A DNA stretch of 64,000 nucleotides from the human T2T-CHM13v2.0 reference genome, Homo sapiens. The DNA is taken from assembly GCF_009914755.1 (NCBI RefSeq), contig NC_060929.1; one strand, 5' to 3'. Positions 18,309 to 32,511 of this stretch are shown here, piece after piece (within the stretch, counting starts at the first letter, position 1; each line of letters opens with the position of its first letter). A program made the translations under genes and the position numbers. Below the pieces are notes generated by a model. The model saw only the letters and a list, made by a program, of their open reading frames with translations, ran no database searches and was not told the DNA's origin.

Positions 18309-20115
18309 GAGAAGAATAGCACGCATAGAAACAAATCCACATATGTATAGCCAACTGATTTTTGATAAACAGGCCAAAAACACACATTGCAGAAAAGGCA
18401 GTGTTTTCAATAAACAGTACTGGGATATTTGGATATTCACATGCAGAAGAATAAAACTAGACTTCTATCTCTCACCATATACAGAAACTAATAAAAATCA
18501 ATGTAAGGTTTGAAACTATGAAACTACTAGAAGAAAACAGGGGAAATGCTACAAGTCATTTGTATCAGCAAGGATTTTTTGGATGAAACTTCAAAAGCAC
18601 AGGCAACAAAAGCAAAAATAGACAAATGGGATTAAAAGCTTCTATACAGCAAATGAAACAATAGAATGAATAGACAACTTATAGAATGGGAAAAAATATT
18701 TGTGAACTGTTCACCTGACAAAGGGTTAATATCAAGAATATACGAGAAACTCAGACAATTCAACAGCAAAAATCAAACAAACCAACTAATATTCCAATTA
18801 CAAAATTGGTAAATGGTCTGAACAGTTATTTTTTAAAAGAAGACATATAAATGGCCAACTGTATGTGATGAAATGCTTAATATAGCTAATCATAAGAGAA
18901 AGCAAATCAAAACCATAATAAGATTGCACCTTACTCCAGTTACAATGGCTATTATCAAAAAGACAATAGATAACAAGTGTTGGTGAGGTAGTTGAGAAAA
19001 GAGCCCTTTACACTCTTTGGGAATGTAAATTAGCACAACCATTAGGGAAAACAGTAAGGAGGCTTCTTAAATAAATAAAAATAGAACTATTATATGATCT
19101 AGCAATCCCATTACTGGGTACATATCCAAAGAAAAGGAAATCAGTATGTTGAAGAAATATTTGCACTCCAATGTTTAATGCAGCACTATTCACAATAGCC
19201 AAGATATCTAATCAACTTTAGCATTCTTTGAATCAAAGGGTAAAGAAAATATGATATATATACAAAAATGGTACACTATTCAGCCAAAAAAAAAAAAAAA
19301 CAATAAAATCTTGTCTTTTGGGACAATATAGATAAAGTTGGAGGGCATTATGTTAGGTGAAATAAGCCAGACACAGAAAGACAAATCCTGCATGATCTCA
19401 CTCATATGTGGAATCTAAAAAAAGTTTATCTCATGGAGGCGAAAGCAGAAAAGTAGTTACCATCGGCTGAGGAGGATAGTGGTAGGAGTGGTGGAGGACA
19501 GGTTGTTTAACAGTTACAAATTTACAGTTAAGAGGGATAAATTTTTATGTTTTGCTGCACAGTATGGTGACTATATTAAAAAATGATGTATTATATATTC
19601 CACAATATCTAGAAGAAAGCATTCAGATTTCTCTACTCTGATTTGATCATTGCACAATATATGCATATATCAAACATATTATCTCATAAATATGTACGTG
19701 CCAACTAAAAATAAAATAAAACTTAGAAGTAGCATTGCCAATGTAAATATAAGGGCATGTCTAATCAGAATTACAAAATTAGAAGCAATGTTGAGAAAAC
19801 TATAGGTCGTTTACTTGTTCAAGTAGTGTAGATGTTCTGATTGAATTGATAATATAACAAATAAAGTGGACAATTTAAAAATAATTTAAAAACTGACAAG
19901 ATTTAGAACTAAACATATTACCAATTTAATTAAAATATTTGTTTTACAGCACATGAAAACTGCAATAATTAATTGAGAGCAGCCAAGTCCTGCCACCATT
20001 CTGACAAAGTAGAAAGAGGCCTGAATTTTAATCCAAAGATTTTCATTCTTGTCTGGGCAGATATAATAGCTACTACCTTTATAAATTGAGAAAGTCACTG
20101 GTCATTTAATTTCTT

Positions 20116-20238
20116 TTTTTTTTTTTTTTTTTTTTGAGACGGAGTCTCGCTGTCGCCCAGGCTGGAGTGCAGTGGCGCGATTTGGCTCACTGCAAGCTCT
20201 GCCTCCCGGGTTCACGCCATTCTCCTGCCTCAGCCTCC
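20116..20238 (-). mobile_element. 5'-truncated AluY (right-arm 3' fragment)
   Basis: Poly(T), AluY-type GCAAGCTC and TTCACGCCATTC, CpGs largely intact, perfect 16-bp TSD GGTCATTTAATTTCTT at 20100-20115 and 20239-20254. Confidence 0.93.
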
Positions 20239-21414
20239 GGTCATTTAATTTCTTAATGCTCTGTTGTTTTTCTTAATCTATAATGTGAAAATATTACCTT
20301 CCAGAGAATCAAAATCTAAAATATATATAAAAAGCAGCATGATACAGTGACACATGGTTGAAAGATGTTAACTGCCATAAAGTGGGACATTTTTACACTA
20401 CATCTGTGATGCACAGAATTGTCTGCATTAGAAGAAAATTGTTCCTTATGGTTCAGACTCATTTATTTTTTCTTTCATTTTTGGAGGTAGAAAGTGCTTT
20501 CCTTTTGGAAATATTCCCCCAAAACTGGTGAGCATCTCGTCATGTTTCCTATGTTTTATTTCATGAAGGTGCTATAAATCCACTTGGTTAAATGTTGGAG
20601 ATTCACCTGTTCAGATGCTCAGGAAAAGAAATTATGTTTGAGGATGTCTTCAGGGCTAGCTGCCCACTGTAGTCTCAGAAATGTTTGGTGGCATCTCCCC
20701 AACACTTTCAAGCCTAAATCCTGAAAACACACACTACTCAGTCACAGTCTACAGAACTTTCTGTTTGATGTTGTCCAACATTTAAGCAAGCTGGTCTCCT
20801 GAAGATTCAGAGGTTATCCTTGTCTATGGATTGAATCTAGCTCCAACTGTGATGAGCTATTCTCTAGCTCACACCCTTTCAGTATTATTCAAATGTTTGC
20901 CTGCTCACTCTAGGATCCCTTCCTTAAACTTTCAATTCCATGATATTCATTCTATTCTCTCTTACTGTAACTTATAGACCCTTGTTTGTTTTCTTATTTC
21001 TTGGCTGCAGGCTTTTCACCTGGTACCAGATCTTTTTGTTTAATTTTGTTTTTGCTACCACAATTCTTCTAACGTTGACTAACATTTACCACACTTTCCA
21101 TAATGACAACTTATTTGGGAATTTAAATTATAAGCTCATTCTGTTTAGGTCTCCATACCTATATTTTATATGCAGGTATAAAAGAAAATATGAAAGATAA
21201 AAGTAAACACCCCCCCCCACATCCATTGCCTAAGCTATTCATCATGCATTGAGTACATCTTTCTGCCAAGCACTCTGCTAGGTAAAGGAGATTTTAAAGC
21301 TGAATTCCTAACACATGAAGGTGCTGGCATCTACTTCCAGTTTTTACCTACCTCCTATGCACTGTTGACTTCAAAACCTAAATCTCTAAGCCTATCCACA
21401 AGTCCAAAGTCCAC

Positions 21415-21671
21415 TTAATACATCCAACTTCCTACTGGTTTCCATTTCAAACCCAACATACCTAAAATTACTCTTATCATTTATTTCATCTTTTAACTAC
21501 TCAGTGTCCTACTTCTAAAATTCTCTCTTCATCAAAGTCAGAATATGTGTGAGATGGTCACACAGAGACTTCTTAGCTAAAACCAGTGAGGTAAAGGTTG
21601 TTGTAGGATATCATGGATACTTCTTTTTCAGTTCACCAACATCATCCCCTTCTTTTGAGAGACTTCATATT
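21415..21671 (+). repeat. Local dispersed duplication, copy 1 (~255 bp)
   Basis: Near-identical to 23233-23490 by direct reading. Confidence 0.93.
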
Positions 21672-23039
21672 GTTTTCTCCGTATGAATGTGTTCTATGGA
21701 GGGCTGTCAAGTGGGATACTTTTGTTTGCAGGGGTAGGGGTGTGAGACAGGCTGGACAAATCATTGTACCCCTTTTTGCCTGGACACATATTGGTCATGC
21801 ATTGGGTACAGGAGTTAACCTGGATCTGGCAAGGTAGAAGTCTTTTTTCTTTCTCATCATAAGACTGTGAGGATGAAAATGGAATAAACTAACTCTATCT
21901 ATTGCTTTCATTCCTAGAGACATATGATCTAACAGAACAAATCCATGTACAAAGACAAAGGCAGGGAAAGAAGCAAAAGGTAAAAAGACTTCAAAAGAAA
22001 TTGAGATAGAGTACTGATGATGCTTGTAACAGTGTAGTACATCCATCAGTAGACCAAAATCATTCTTAACAAATTTATGGTTTTCCACAACAAATTCCGT
22101 CTTTTTTTGTTGTCGTTGTTGGGGATTTCGAGTTGTGTTCTGGGCATTTGCCACTAAAATGTGCAAGTACAGGTAAAGATGCTAAATATCTTTTTAGTTT
22201 AAAATCTAGTCATATTGAATGGCGGGGAAAGGTAAAATGACTGATATATTGATGACACAGGATAATGCATTCAAAGGAAAAAATATTAAGTTGCTAAAAT
22301 ATGGAAAAATAAAAATATCAAGTGGGGGTTGGGGGAAGACACAAAAGAATTGTGAGAGGAGAATGAGAATGAGTAGGAAAAAGGGAGAGAACATATATTA
22401 TCATATGCAAAGAACATGGCAAACAGCCTAAATTTTGCAGAACATGAGAAATACAAACAAACAAAAATTTGACATAAAAGTGTCAGAACTATTTGCAGAC
22501 AGAGTTAGTAATAACATTCTACAAATAATAATAAGGACCATGAGAAAAGACAATGATAACTCAGCACAGAACTGTATGGTACCAGTAGTGTATGCAACAA
22601 TGATGATATAGAAATTTAGTAGAAAGATTAATCCATTCATACTCCAAAAAGAAACTATATTTTTATTATTTATGAGTTATACATTATAAAGTATATAATT
22701 TATAGTTTGTTGCTTATATTTATGCCTGAATCATCTCTAGAGCGACTAGCATATAATCTTATTACAGTGTATAAATGCAATCATTGTCAACAAATTCTTA
22801 GGTTGCCTCAGTAAAGTTATGGGTTAAAGATCCCTGGCTGGTATTGATACATACATATGCTGGTGTTGATATATACATATGCTGGGAATTAGTGGTCTAT
22901 ATCTATTATCAACACAATTCTGATATCCAGAATTCAGCAACTCTTACAAAATTATTTGTAAAAATTATTTCTATTGATTGAGTTTTACATCATTGTACCA
23001 TGACACACCATGTTATGTCAACCAGTGATCATGAGTCCG

Positions 23040-23214
23040 CTTCCTTTTTCCTTGCCCAGGTTTAGCAGCTTTTGATTTTAAAATATGTTTCTAGTCCTCT
23101 TCCTTTTTCCTTGCCCAAGTTCAGCAGCTTTTGATTTTAAAATATGTTTCTAGTCATCTTCCTTTTTCCTTGCCTAAGTTCAGCAGCCTTTGATTTTAAA
23201 ATATGTTTCTAGTC
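23040..23214 (+). repeat. Tandem repeat, 3 x 59 bp
   Basis: Unit approximately CTTCCTTTTTCCTTGCCCAAGTTCAGCAGCTTTTGATTTTAAAATATGTTTCTAGTC(C/A)T, seen three times. Confidence 0.95.
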
Positions 23215-23232
23215 TGTCCTATTCTCTCCCTG

Positions 23233-23490
23233 TTAATACATCTAACTTCCTACTGGTTTCCATTTCAATCCAAACATACCTAAAATTACTCTTATCATTT
23301 CTTTCATGTTTTAACAACTCAGTGTCCTACTTCTAAAATTCTCTCTTCATTAATGTCAGAATAATGTGTGAGATGGTCACACAGAGACTTCTTAGCTAAA
23401 ACCAGTGAGGTAACTGTTGTTGTAGGATATCATGGCTATTTCTTTTTCGGTTCACCAACATCATCCCCTTCTTTTGAGAGACTTCATATT
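23233..23490 (+). repeat. Local dispersed duplication, copy 2
   Basis: Near-identical to 21415-21671. Confidence 0.93.
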
Positions 23491-23499
23491 TTTAAACTC

Positions 23500-24160
23500 T
23501 GATGTTTATGCCAAAGTCTTCATAGATTCTCTTCCTCAAGTTTAATCCATATTCGATGTATGCCCATGTTGCCATCAGAGAGTGCTATCAAAGTGAAATC
23601 GTGGTAATTTCCATCCTTTTATTTAAACTCTCTATAAAATATATCCCATTTTCTACAGAACAAAGACCAAGCTCCTTTCCATGCACAGAATTTTGCTCAT
23701 GAGCTGGTGCATTTCAAACACTTTCACATCATTTGTTTCCCCTCCCAAATTTTTAAATTGTGCTTCTTCCGATATTCTGAACATGTTAGAGTTTCCTCAA
23801 AAGTCCATATTGATTTGTGCAGCCATACTTTCCAGATGGATCTTCCTATGTAGTATCTCTACTTTTTTTTCTTTCCTCCACAAGTTGATTGCCTGCTACA
23901 TAAAGCGTCCCTGATTTTTGTCTGAACTCTCCTTCCCCACCTATCTTCCCAACTCCCTAGACATCTCAGTGCTGTATTGGAATTATCTATTCATTTCTAT
24001 AGCACATCTGCAATCTAAGTTTTCATAATAACACTCAACATTTTGTATCATGCATATATAATTTCAAATATGTGTGACTGTGAGCTTCTTATCGTATTTC
24101 CAATGCCTAAAACAAAACCTGACACACAGAGGTTCACAATACGTGCCTAATTTAATTAAA
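23500..24160 (+). mobile_element. Ancient L2 3' fragment
   Basis: Pyrimidine-rich L2-like sequence ending GACTGTGAGCTTCTT…TGCCTAAAACAAAACCTGACACACAG…CAATA. Confidence 0.55.
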
Positions 24161-24605
24161 CAAATTTAGCAATCTACTGGCTATTATTATTACAATTTTC
24201 TAATAGGAATATCTGGTTAAACTTACTATGTCTAAAAGTTAGATACTTCTAAACAAAACAACCATTGCATGCATTTTCTCCTTACAATGTCAGTTCATCT
24301 GCTATCCAATTATCACCCTGTTCAGCTGCACACACCTGGAGTTAATTTGGTCTTGGATAACTGTGACAATTTTAAACTCTTTTCTGTGGCACATTACAAA
24401 AAATTGAGGAAATTACAGTCTGTTCTCAATACTTGGTATTTCATGGAGAGTTTCTGAAAAAGCTGACAATTTGGAGCCTATGATTCCCTGGTGAGAGTTC
24501 AACCATGATATCAGCAAACATTGTAAGAATTTTATGTTTCATGTGCACTGATCTTAAAAATAACATGTTAAAATGCAATATTACTACCAGTGTTCTCATT
24601 AAGCT

Positions 24606-24790
24606 CTGATGTTTCTCAAAGTGCAATCACTGGAAAATCTGATTCACAAGGATCTCCTGGTTAAAAATGTAGATTCCCACATCCTATGGAGACTTACTCA
24701 GGCTGTCATTAAGGAATCTGAAAGTCTGCTTTTTAAAACAACCACAATTATTCCAAGTAATTGTGATGCATATTAAATAACTTCTGCTTT
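24606..24790. mobile_element. MER5A-like hAT-Charlie relic
   Basis: TTTCTCAAAGTG…GTTAAAAATGTAGATTCC…GTCTGCTTTTTAAAACAA…GTGATGCA. Confidence 0.5.
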
Positions 24791-27700
24791 AGAGAAAGTA
24801 GAGTGATAATAAAACATGACAGCTGTTGTGGAGAGATGGACAGCTCCTCCTTCTGCAGATGGACCCACCGGGAGATGGAATCCCCCTCTTGCCCCATCCT
24901 TGATGTTATTTAAACTCTCCAACTCTAAGCCTGTTCCATAGAAGGCACTTAATAATTAAGAGATGTCGTTATTGCTTTTTTATATGGTAAAGTCAATTCT
25001 AAGAAAAATTCACCTAGATTCCAAATAATACTTTCTTTATTGAGTTGCCAATTTTAAATAAAATATGATATTTTAATTCTATACATAATTTTTAACATAT
25101 GTAACATGATATAAAGAATATGATATTGGGTAGATATAAATGATTCCATGTAACATTTTGTTGTTGCTGTTGGATAAATCAATATGGCTAATTTCAAAGA
25201 GGCAAAGATGTTTCATCCTGGCTACTCCAGTTAAAGAACAGTGACCTTGGTCACGCTGTATTCTTTCTCTAAGTGTTATTTTTGATATCTCTGAAATAAT
25301 AATATACATGTGACAATATATAAATTACTACAATAAAAGAGTCTTTCTTTTATCCACCAAAAATTATTCTGGCTGGAATCATTTTAAGTATTTCTCCTCC
25401 CCTGATCTTTAATTTTCATTAACTAGAAAACCATTTCTTCTGTACTTGCGAAGCTTAATCAAACTAAAAGGGGAGTGAAAAGATTGAGAAAAAAAGAAAA
25501 AGAGCTGGACAGCCCTTTCAGAGATAGGCAAGGGTGTAATTTGAAAAGAGAGATGTTTCGGGGGAAGCACATAGATGATTTAAGAAAGAAAACAGTAAGA
25601 TTTTAAAAACTATTACTTGCAGATTATGTATTTCCTTCATAATTTCCAAGAGCTGAAAGTAAACAATTAGAATATTTTAACATTTCTTTTATTACATGAA
25701 ATATTTTCTTTTAACTGCAGTGACTCTCTGTGATTTAAACATGTGGGTCACAGTTTTACACACTTCATTTACCCCTTGGTTAAAATGTGATGAGGAAGAG
25801 AGGAAACAATGTGTGAAAGCCTTCAGCACTTTGTCCTGCACAAAGCCCAAGTTAAAAACAACGCTGTCTATTACATTTTATTTTTCTTTGATTTTTTTTC
25901 TCTCTTATAATCTTGTTTCAAGTATAGGCCTCCTACATTTTTCCCACAACATTAAAAGAATGGGAGTTTTGTTGCTGTTTTATTTTACAATTTATTGGTT
26001 TCACTTCAATGAGCATAACTGGCAACCTAAAACTATGTGTGATTATCTTCTCCTTTCAGCCAGTGTTTGTGAATATTTTCTCGGGAATCGTTCACCTATG
26101 ACAGCCCACCCTGCCTCCCTCTAATCCCCTGTTCATGCTGCCACTTAAGCACTTGTGTAGAGGCACAGACCTGAAATTTAATTTTGACATTTCTTTGTGC
26201 ACCTACACTGAGAGGTGTTGCTTATACTAGTCTATTTCACTCCTTTGCTTTCTACTGAGACAAGAAATGGACACATTTTACTCATTTTTTTTGATTTGCA
26301 AGATTTGTTTTTCCTTAATCAACAAATTGTATTAAAAACTTGTTTTGACAAATGGTATAGGCATTGGTTGTTTTCTGCATAACTTTTCCTGTAAAGCATT
26401 ATGGAGTCTCTTCTTCAGGTAAAATAAACATTTATTACATTTATTAAATTTATCTTTAAGTTTCCTGGATCATGGTAATTGGTTTTTAAATTCTTTATCA
26501 TGAAAGTAGGCCAAAAAATAAAAACAAATTAACAGCATCAATTCCAAGAGGATTTTCAGAGCAGAGTTCAAAATCTCTTAGGAATATATCATTGTATATT
26601 TTGGCATCTAATATTTATGTAACAAGAATATTTTGCACTTAAACTACATTTTAAAAGAGATGCTTAAAGAAAGTTTTATCTCTAATACATTTACTTATTG
26701 AATGATGATATATTTTTTTAAATTTAAGAATACTGAGGGTCTCTCGTTTTTTTTGTTTTTTTTTTTTAAATCATTCCAGATAAATGAAGAAGAATGCCTG
26801 AAGTACCACTCTGCATTTCTGATTTGTTAAAAATATTTGGCACGGTGCCTTATAAGTCTTGCTGCTCCAAAGCTCTTCACTTCCACTGAAACAGAAACTC
26901 CCTCAGCTTTTCTGTATCTGATAATTGAGTAATTGTGATGTCCTTCTTCAGGGACTGAATTAACATATGTCTCAAGTTATAACCCATTCAACTTCATCTC
27001 TTTAGCTCCTTGAAAGTGACATCATGAGGATGAATAATGTGTGTGACACTATGTGCCTTCCCAGAGCTTTCACCAACAGCCAGGTCTCATTTAAGAGCTT
27101 GCTTTACTCTCTGTTAACATGCTTTATGTGCCAGGAAGCATATTAAACACTGTCAAGTGTTATCCCGGCTATGCAGGTACAGCTTCTGTGTATCACGGTG
27201 GCTGCCATTCTGGCTTTCTATCCAGGGAGACTCAATTTTGGACTCTAGTTCACTGATTTCATAAGTGACCTGTAACTAATGGCCTGAAATTCCCCATGCT
27301 CCCATTTTCTTATCTTTATCAGGCAGAAGACAATAGTACTTCCCTCTAGGGGGTGCTGAGATAATTAAGAAAATAATACCTACATATTCTCCACATGGAA
27401 AGCAGAAAACACTCGATGATAGGTGTAATTATGACTAACGTTAGAGCTCGCCTCTTACATTTACTCTTACCCTACCTTTAACGGGTGTTTCCAAATGTAA
27501 TCTAATTTTATCATTCATAAGCCTATACCAAAGCCATATTTCCCTCTGCCTTAGTCTTCATATCTTTAACAGCTAAGTAATTGTTTAAAGTCACCAAGAA
27601 TCATCTTCAATTATTATTGAAAATTATCTTTGATTATTTCCTGGTAGCTGAAGTCATTTCCAAGACAATTAGGATAATCAAGTTAGGCTAGAAGTTGAAG

Positions 27701-30700
27701 AACACGACTTGTTTTTTTTTAATTTTTATTATTTACTTGGTTGTGCTCATGTCCTATGATGATGTAGTTTTTACTCTCCTCCCTGGTCAAGGGCATTTTT
27801 TAGTGCTTTACTTCTCTGTATTTGATTTTTAAGCTATAATATAGAGCGTCTGCTAAACACTAGAAATCCTACTCTTTCAAGAAACTTTTTTAGAAACACC
27901 ATATTCACTTCATCATCACCTCCTCTTAACTTCTTCACCTACTCATATTCTATAAAAGTTATAGGTATTTTCTAGAGCTAGAGGAACCAGTGAGCTTATT
28001 GCTCCATTATTTCTCACATTCATATATATAGATATCTGGTAGAGATTTGAGTTTTATATTTTTGAAACTAGAAAACTTTTAACTGGACACCTCTCATTTA
28101 GTTTCGGCCTTCTAAGAAGACTAGAATCTACCTTTGGGTCAGGCTTTTTCTTAGTTCTTAAAAGAACTAATAGAATGGCCTACTTTAGATATGCAGATAT
28201 ATGGTAAAGAAACTTCCCACTGAGAAGAGGGCAAAATTTTATAAATGACCATTTTGGCAAAGATCTGCCCATGTCTTAGCTTATATTGACTGTTAAAATT
28301 AGATTTTACCTTTCTTTTATCTATCTCATCTAAAAGTTTGTAAAAGAGCAGAATAATTTTATGGCAGTAATATGGAGTCTATTGATGTGATTACCTGTGC
28401 TGAATGTATGTACAGTCTCTGATTGAGGCCAAAAGGTCAGAGGTTAACTGGATCTCTGAAAACAAAAGTCACCATAATGATTGGGAAAATCGTATGTTAA
28501 AGCCAAGAATAGGCTACAGGACAGTGATACTGTTTTAGACTTAGAATGCAGTTAATTCCACAATGGGCATATCCTGGGCAAAATAGCTGCATGCAGGTGT
28601 GTGATTTAATAGAATTATAACAACGTAGTCATAACCTTTAAGGCCCAGGCTGTATAATTTGTCATCCAATTTGACATCCAATGTCACCCACTTTAAAAAT
28701 ACAAATGGATGCTGTTAATAATTTTACCCTAATATCAGGTGTGTAATCTGATATTCAACTGGATTATTGCTGAGAAGAAAGCATCTTCCTTTGCATCAGG
28801 AGGAGCAGCTCTAGCCTTGGAAAATTAGTAGAGTCCTATGCTGTAGATCAGTTGGTCCTTGCACAATAAAGAGTGGGTTGTTGCAGTCAGCACTTCACTC
28901 TCTGCAGAGGCAGCTGCAAAGAAGACTTTTTCATGACAGCTGCAAGCCACCTGAGAAAGAACCAGCCATTCTGCTCACCTGGCATACAGGGACTTGTTTC
29001 CTAATGATTTCAAAATAGCAAGTAAGAGTGACCTGATTTTGTAAATCTATACAATTGAAGCCTAGGACTTAATGGGAGTATGTTGAAACCTGCATTTTCA
29101 TTCCTGACAACATTCTACTCTTCTAAGCTCATATTTTACTTTTGTCCTAAAAGTCTCACAATTCTTGCTCTTTTCCATTTCTCTAAATCTTATTTGTTCT
29201 TCTGAACTCTCCCCTAGGAAGCTTACTGTATTGAGAACAAATTTTTTTTCTGTAAGTAATTATTTTACTTAATTGAATTGGATTATTCCCATGCTCAGTT
29301 ATCTAATTATTAACTTAATAGCTGCTCATGAGCATTACTTGATCAAAAAAATTCACTTAATATTCATTCATTCATTAATCAAGATAATACATGTATTAAT
29401 AAATAAAATCATAAAAATAAAAACATAATCTTTAAAATATGAATATGACTACACTTCAAAACTTACCAAATAATAAAAATTAAGTAACAATATCTTAAAT
29501 ATATTGAATGCCCCATATAATAACTAAAGGTTGGTATTTAATCCTATCAGTGGAGGCAAAACTAAAAAGTCCTTGACAAATTTTTAGTTAGTGCATGTTT
29601 GCACATATTGATAAAAATACATAGTCATAAATAATACTTTTCAATTTGAATTTAAACATTGATGTTCTAAAATATAAAGTCTTTTTTGCATTTCTTCTTT
29701 GAAATACAGAATTTTAAAAGTTTACTATATATTTGCAAAATTTTTTAGTACATTTTTTATTGTAATGAACATAAATAAGGCAGATGTTATATAAAATGAG
29801 TAAATGTTTAAACCAACCAAGGAAAAGCAAATAGGGTCTTTTAATGGGTTTAAAATTTTTCTCCATTATGTATAATCACATTTATTTAATCTTAATTGTG
29901 CTACAAGTCTCTATGGTCCTGATTTGTTTGTTAACATAAAGTATATATTTGGTTTTGACCTGAATTCCCTAATATATTGTTAACTCTGAATAAATGTTTT
30001 CCATCTGTGCTTTCTAATAGAAATCATTGTAATCTATACAAAGTGAGCTTAATGAATTCTAGTAATTTTTCCACTTAATGACTATGTATCTACAATTATA
30101 TTCTACTATTGTTCCAAACACATGGATACATTTTGATAAGAGAAGGAGAGCTTGGAACATGAGCATACTTGTGCTAGGAGATTCTTGGTCAACTAAGAAA
30201 TAATCGTGGAAATGAGAATCTATGTCTTCGTTGAACATAGATAGATTCTTCCTATATGATTCTTTTGTTCAAAGGAATGAAACGTGCAGTCTGGTAAATC
30301 TAGAGATCTTTCTGTGAAGCGCAAATCCCTAGATGCCATTCAGAAATACTGCAATTTCTAAACTGGGCAAAAAATTATGGATTGAAGGTAGTACAGCAAC
30401 GTTAATGACACTTGGCTGAGAATCTACATATATTATCCCACATGTGGATTCAGTAATCCCCATGATAACCTTATGGTTTCCTACTTTACAGATGTTTTGT
30501 GTTTTTCCTACTTTACAGATGAGGATATTGAGGCAGTGAGTTTATTCCAAGCCGGAAAAGAGCCGACAATTCTTCCATTGCACCTGCTGTTATTTTTTTT
30601 TAGAGGACCCATTTCTGACAACCAACATCTCCCCTAAGAACTTTGAATCTTTCAGACACAAGATGGAGTGAGCAGTTCTGCATGTTCACAAATGAAAACA

Positions 30701-30740
30701 CCAAGTCTGTGATCCTGTTGTGTCACTTGTAATTGTCTTA

Positions 30741-30971
30741 ATAAGGCTCAGCATTTTCTTTTTCTGAGTAGTAAGGACCAAGTAGTAAGCATTTTAGGTG
30801 TTATGAGTCTTACAGCTTCTGTCATAACTACTCAACTTCACCATTGTAGTGTGAAAGTAGCCATAGACAATATTGAAACAAATAAGCATGTCTGTGTTTC
30901 AATAAAACTTTATTTACAAAAAGAGGCAGCAGGCTGAACTTAGTCTAAAAGCCATAGTTTGCCAATCACTT
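30741..30971 (+). mobile_element. MER58A (hAT-Charlie)
   Basis: ACTACTCAACTTCACCATTGTAGTGTGAAAGTAGCCATAGACAAT…CAATAAAACTTTATTTACAAAAA…CCATAGTTTGCCAA. Confidence 0.8.
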
Positions 30972-31580
30972 ATCTAAAGTTGTATTTGAAAGGCTCCTGA
31001 AAACATTTATATTTTCCTTTATTGCCCAAAATATTTACCTGGAATTCCCTGATCCTGAAATAAAGGACAGCATGAGCAGGAACAGCCATTAAGCAGCGAA
31101 GCAAATTAAAGGATGCTCAGCACTTGTCAATTGTGAGGAAAAAAAAAATATGTGTGACTTAGATTCTTTATCCAAACTCAATATCAGAATCTCTCTTCCC
31201 TCCCGGGGGTGAGGGATGGGGGAAAGGAACAGACTCGCGGAAGGGAGTGAACTCTGTGGAGCCTGTCTATTCAGGTACAGGGAAACTGGGGACATAGATT
31301 TCTCAAAAATACCTGGAGAGTAAAATGGCTTTCCTCTATCCTCTCCTCCTCTCTATTACTTCCACTTAAACCACGAGAATGGACATTTGCTACTTGAAAA
31401 CCCACGAAAGTCAGATATTTATAATCACTCAATTACATGGAAACTCATAGAGTGTTTGCATAGTTTTCATGGAGCGATGATGAAGATCTATTTGCTTACA
31501 GGCAGTGGAGCAGCTAAATATGTCACTGGCATCTCTGTGTTCTCCAGAGAACCAAAGGGTACGTGAGGATTCACAATGAA

Positions 31581-32309
<729 letters not shown>

Positions 32310-32330
32310 TAAGCACCTTTTTAATGTACA

Positions 32331-32511
32331 AAGAAGGAAGAGAGGAAGGAAAGGAGAAAAAAAGAAAGAAAGAAGAAAGAAAGAAGAAAGAAAAAGAAAG
32401 AAAGAAAGAGAAAGAAAGAAAAAAAGGAAGGAAAGTGGAAGGAAGGAAGGAAGGGAGGGAGGGAGGGAGGAAAAGGGAGGAAGGAAGGAAGGAAAATAAA
32501 CAAAAAAAAGG
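32331..32511 (+). repeat. Polypurine (GAAA/GGAA/GGGA)n tract
   Basis: About 180 nt almost free of pyrimidines on the + strand. Confidence 0.95.

Larger units (their letters stand above)
11373..19722 (+). mobile_element. Near full-length old LINE-1 (L1MA-type): ~2.2 kb GC-richer 5'UTR, decayed ORF1 and ORF2, 3'UTR
   Basis: CAAGATGGC YY1-type 5' motif near 11388. ORF1-like sequence at ~13600-14500 and ORF2-like sequence from ~14981 (SIISDHNGMKL; WKNTPCSWIGRINIVK; TTTGCAGATGACATG at 17341). L1MA-type 3'UTR. Degenerate TSD TTAGA(A)AGTAGC(C/A)TTGC at 11356-11372 and 19723-19738. Confidence 0.9.

Noticed and set aside
23040-23214. CRISPR-like array
   Set aside because: Head-to-tail 59-bp units with no unique spacers, in eukaryotic DNA with no cas genes.
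25696-26124. 142-aa hydrophobic ORF (and similar ones at 36717 and 20940)
   Set aside because: T-rich composition yields F/L/I-rich chance ORFs. No domain or splice support.
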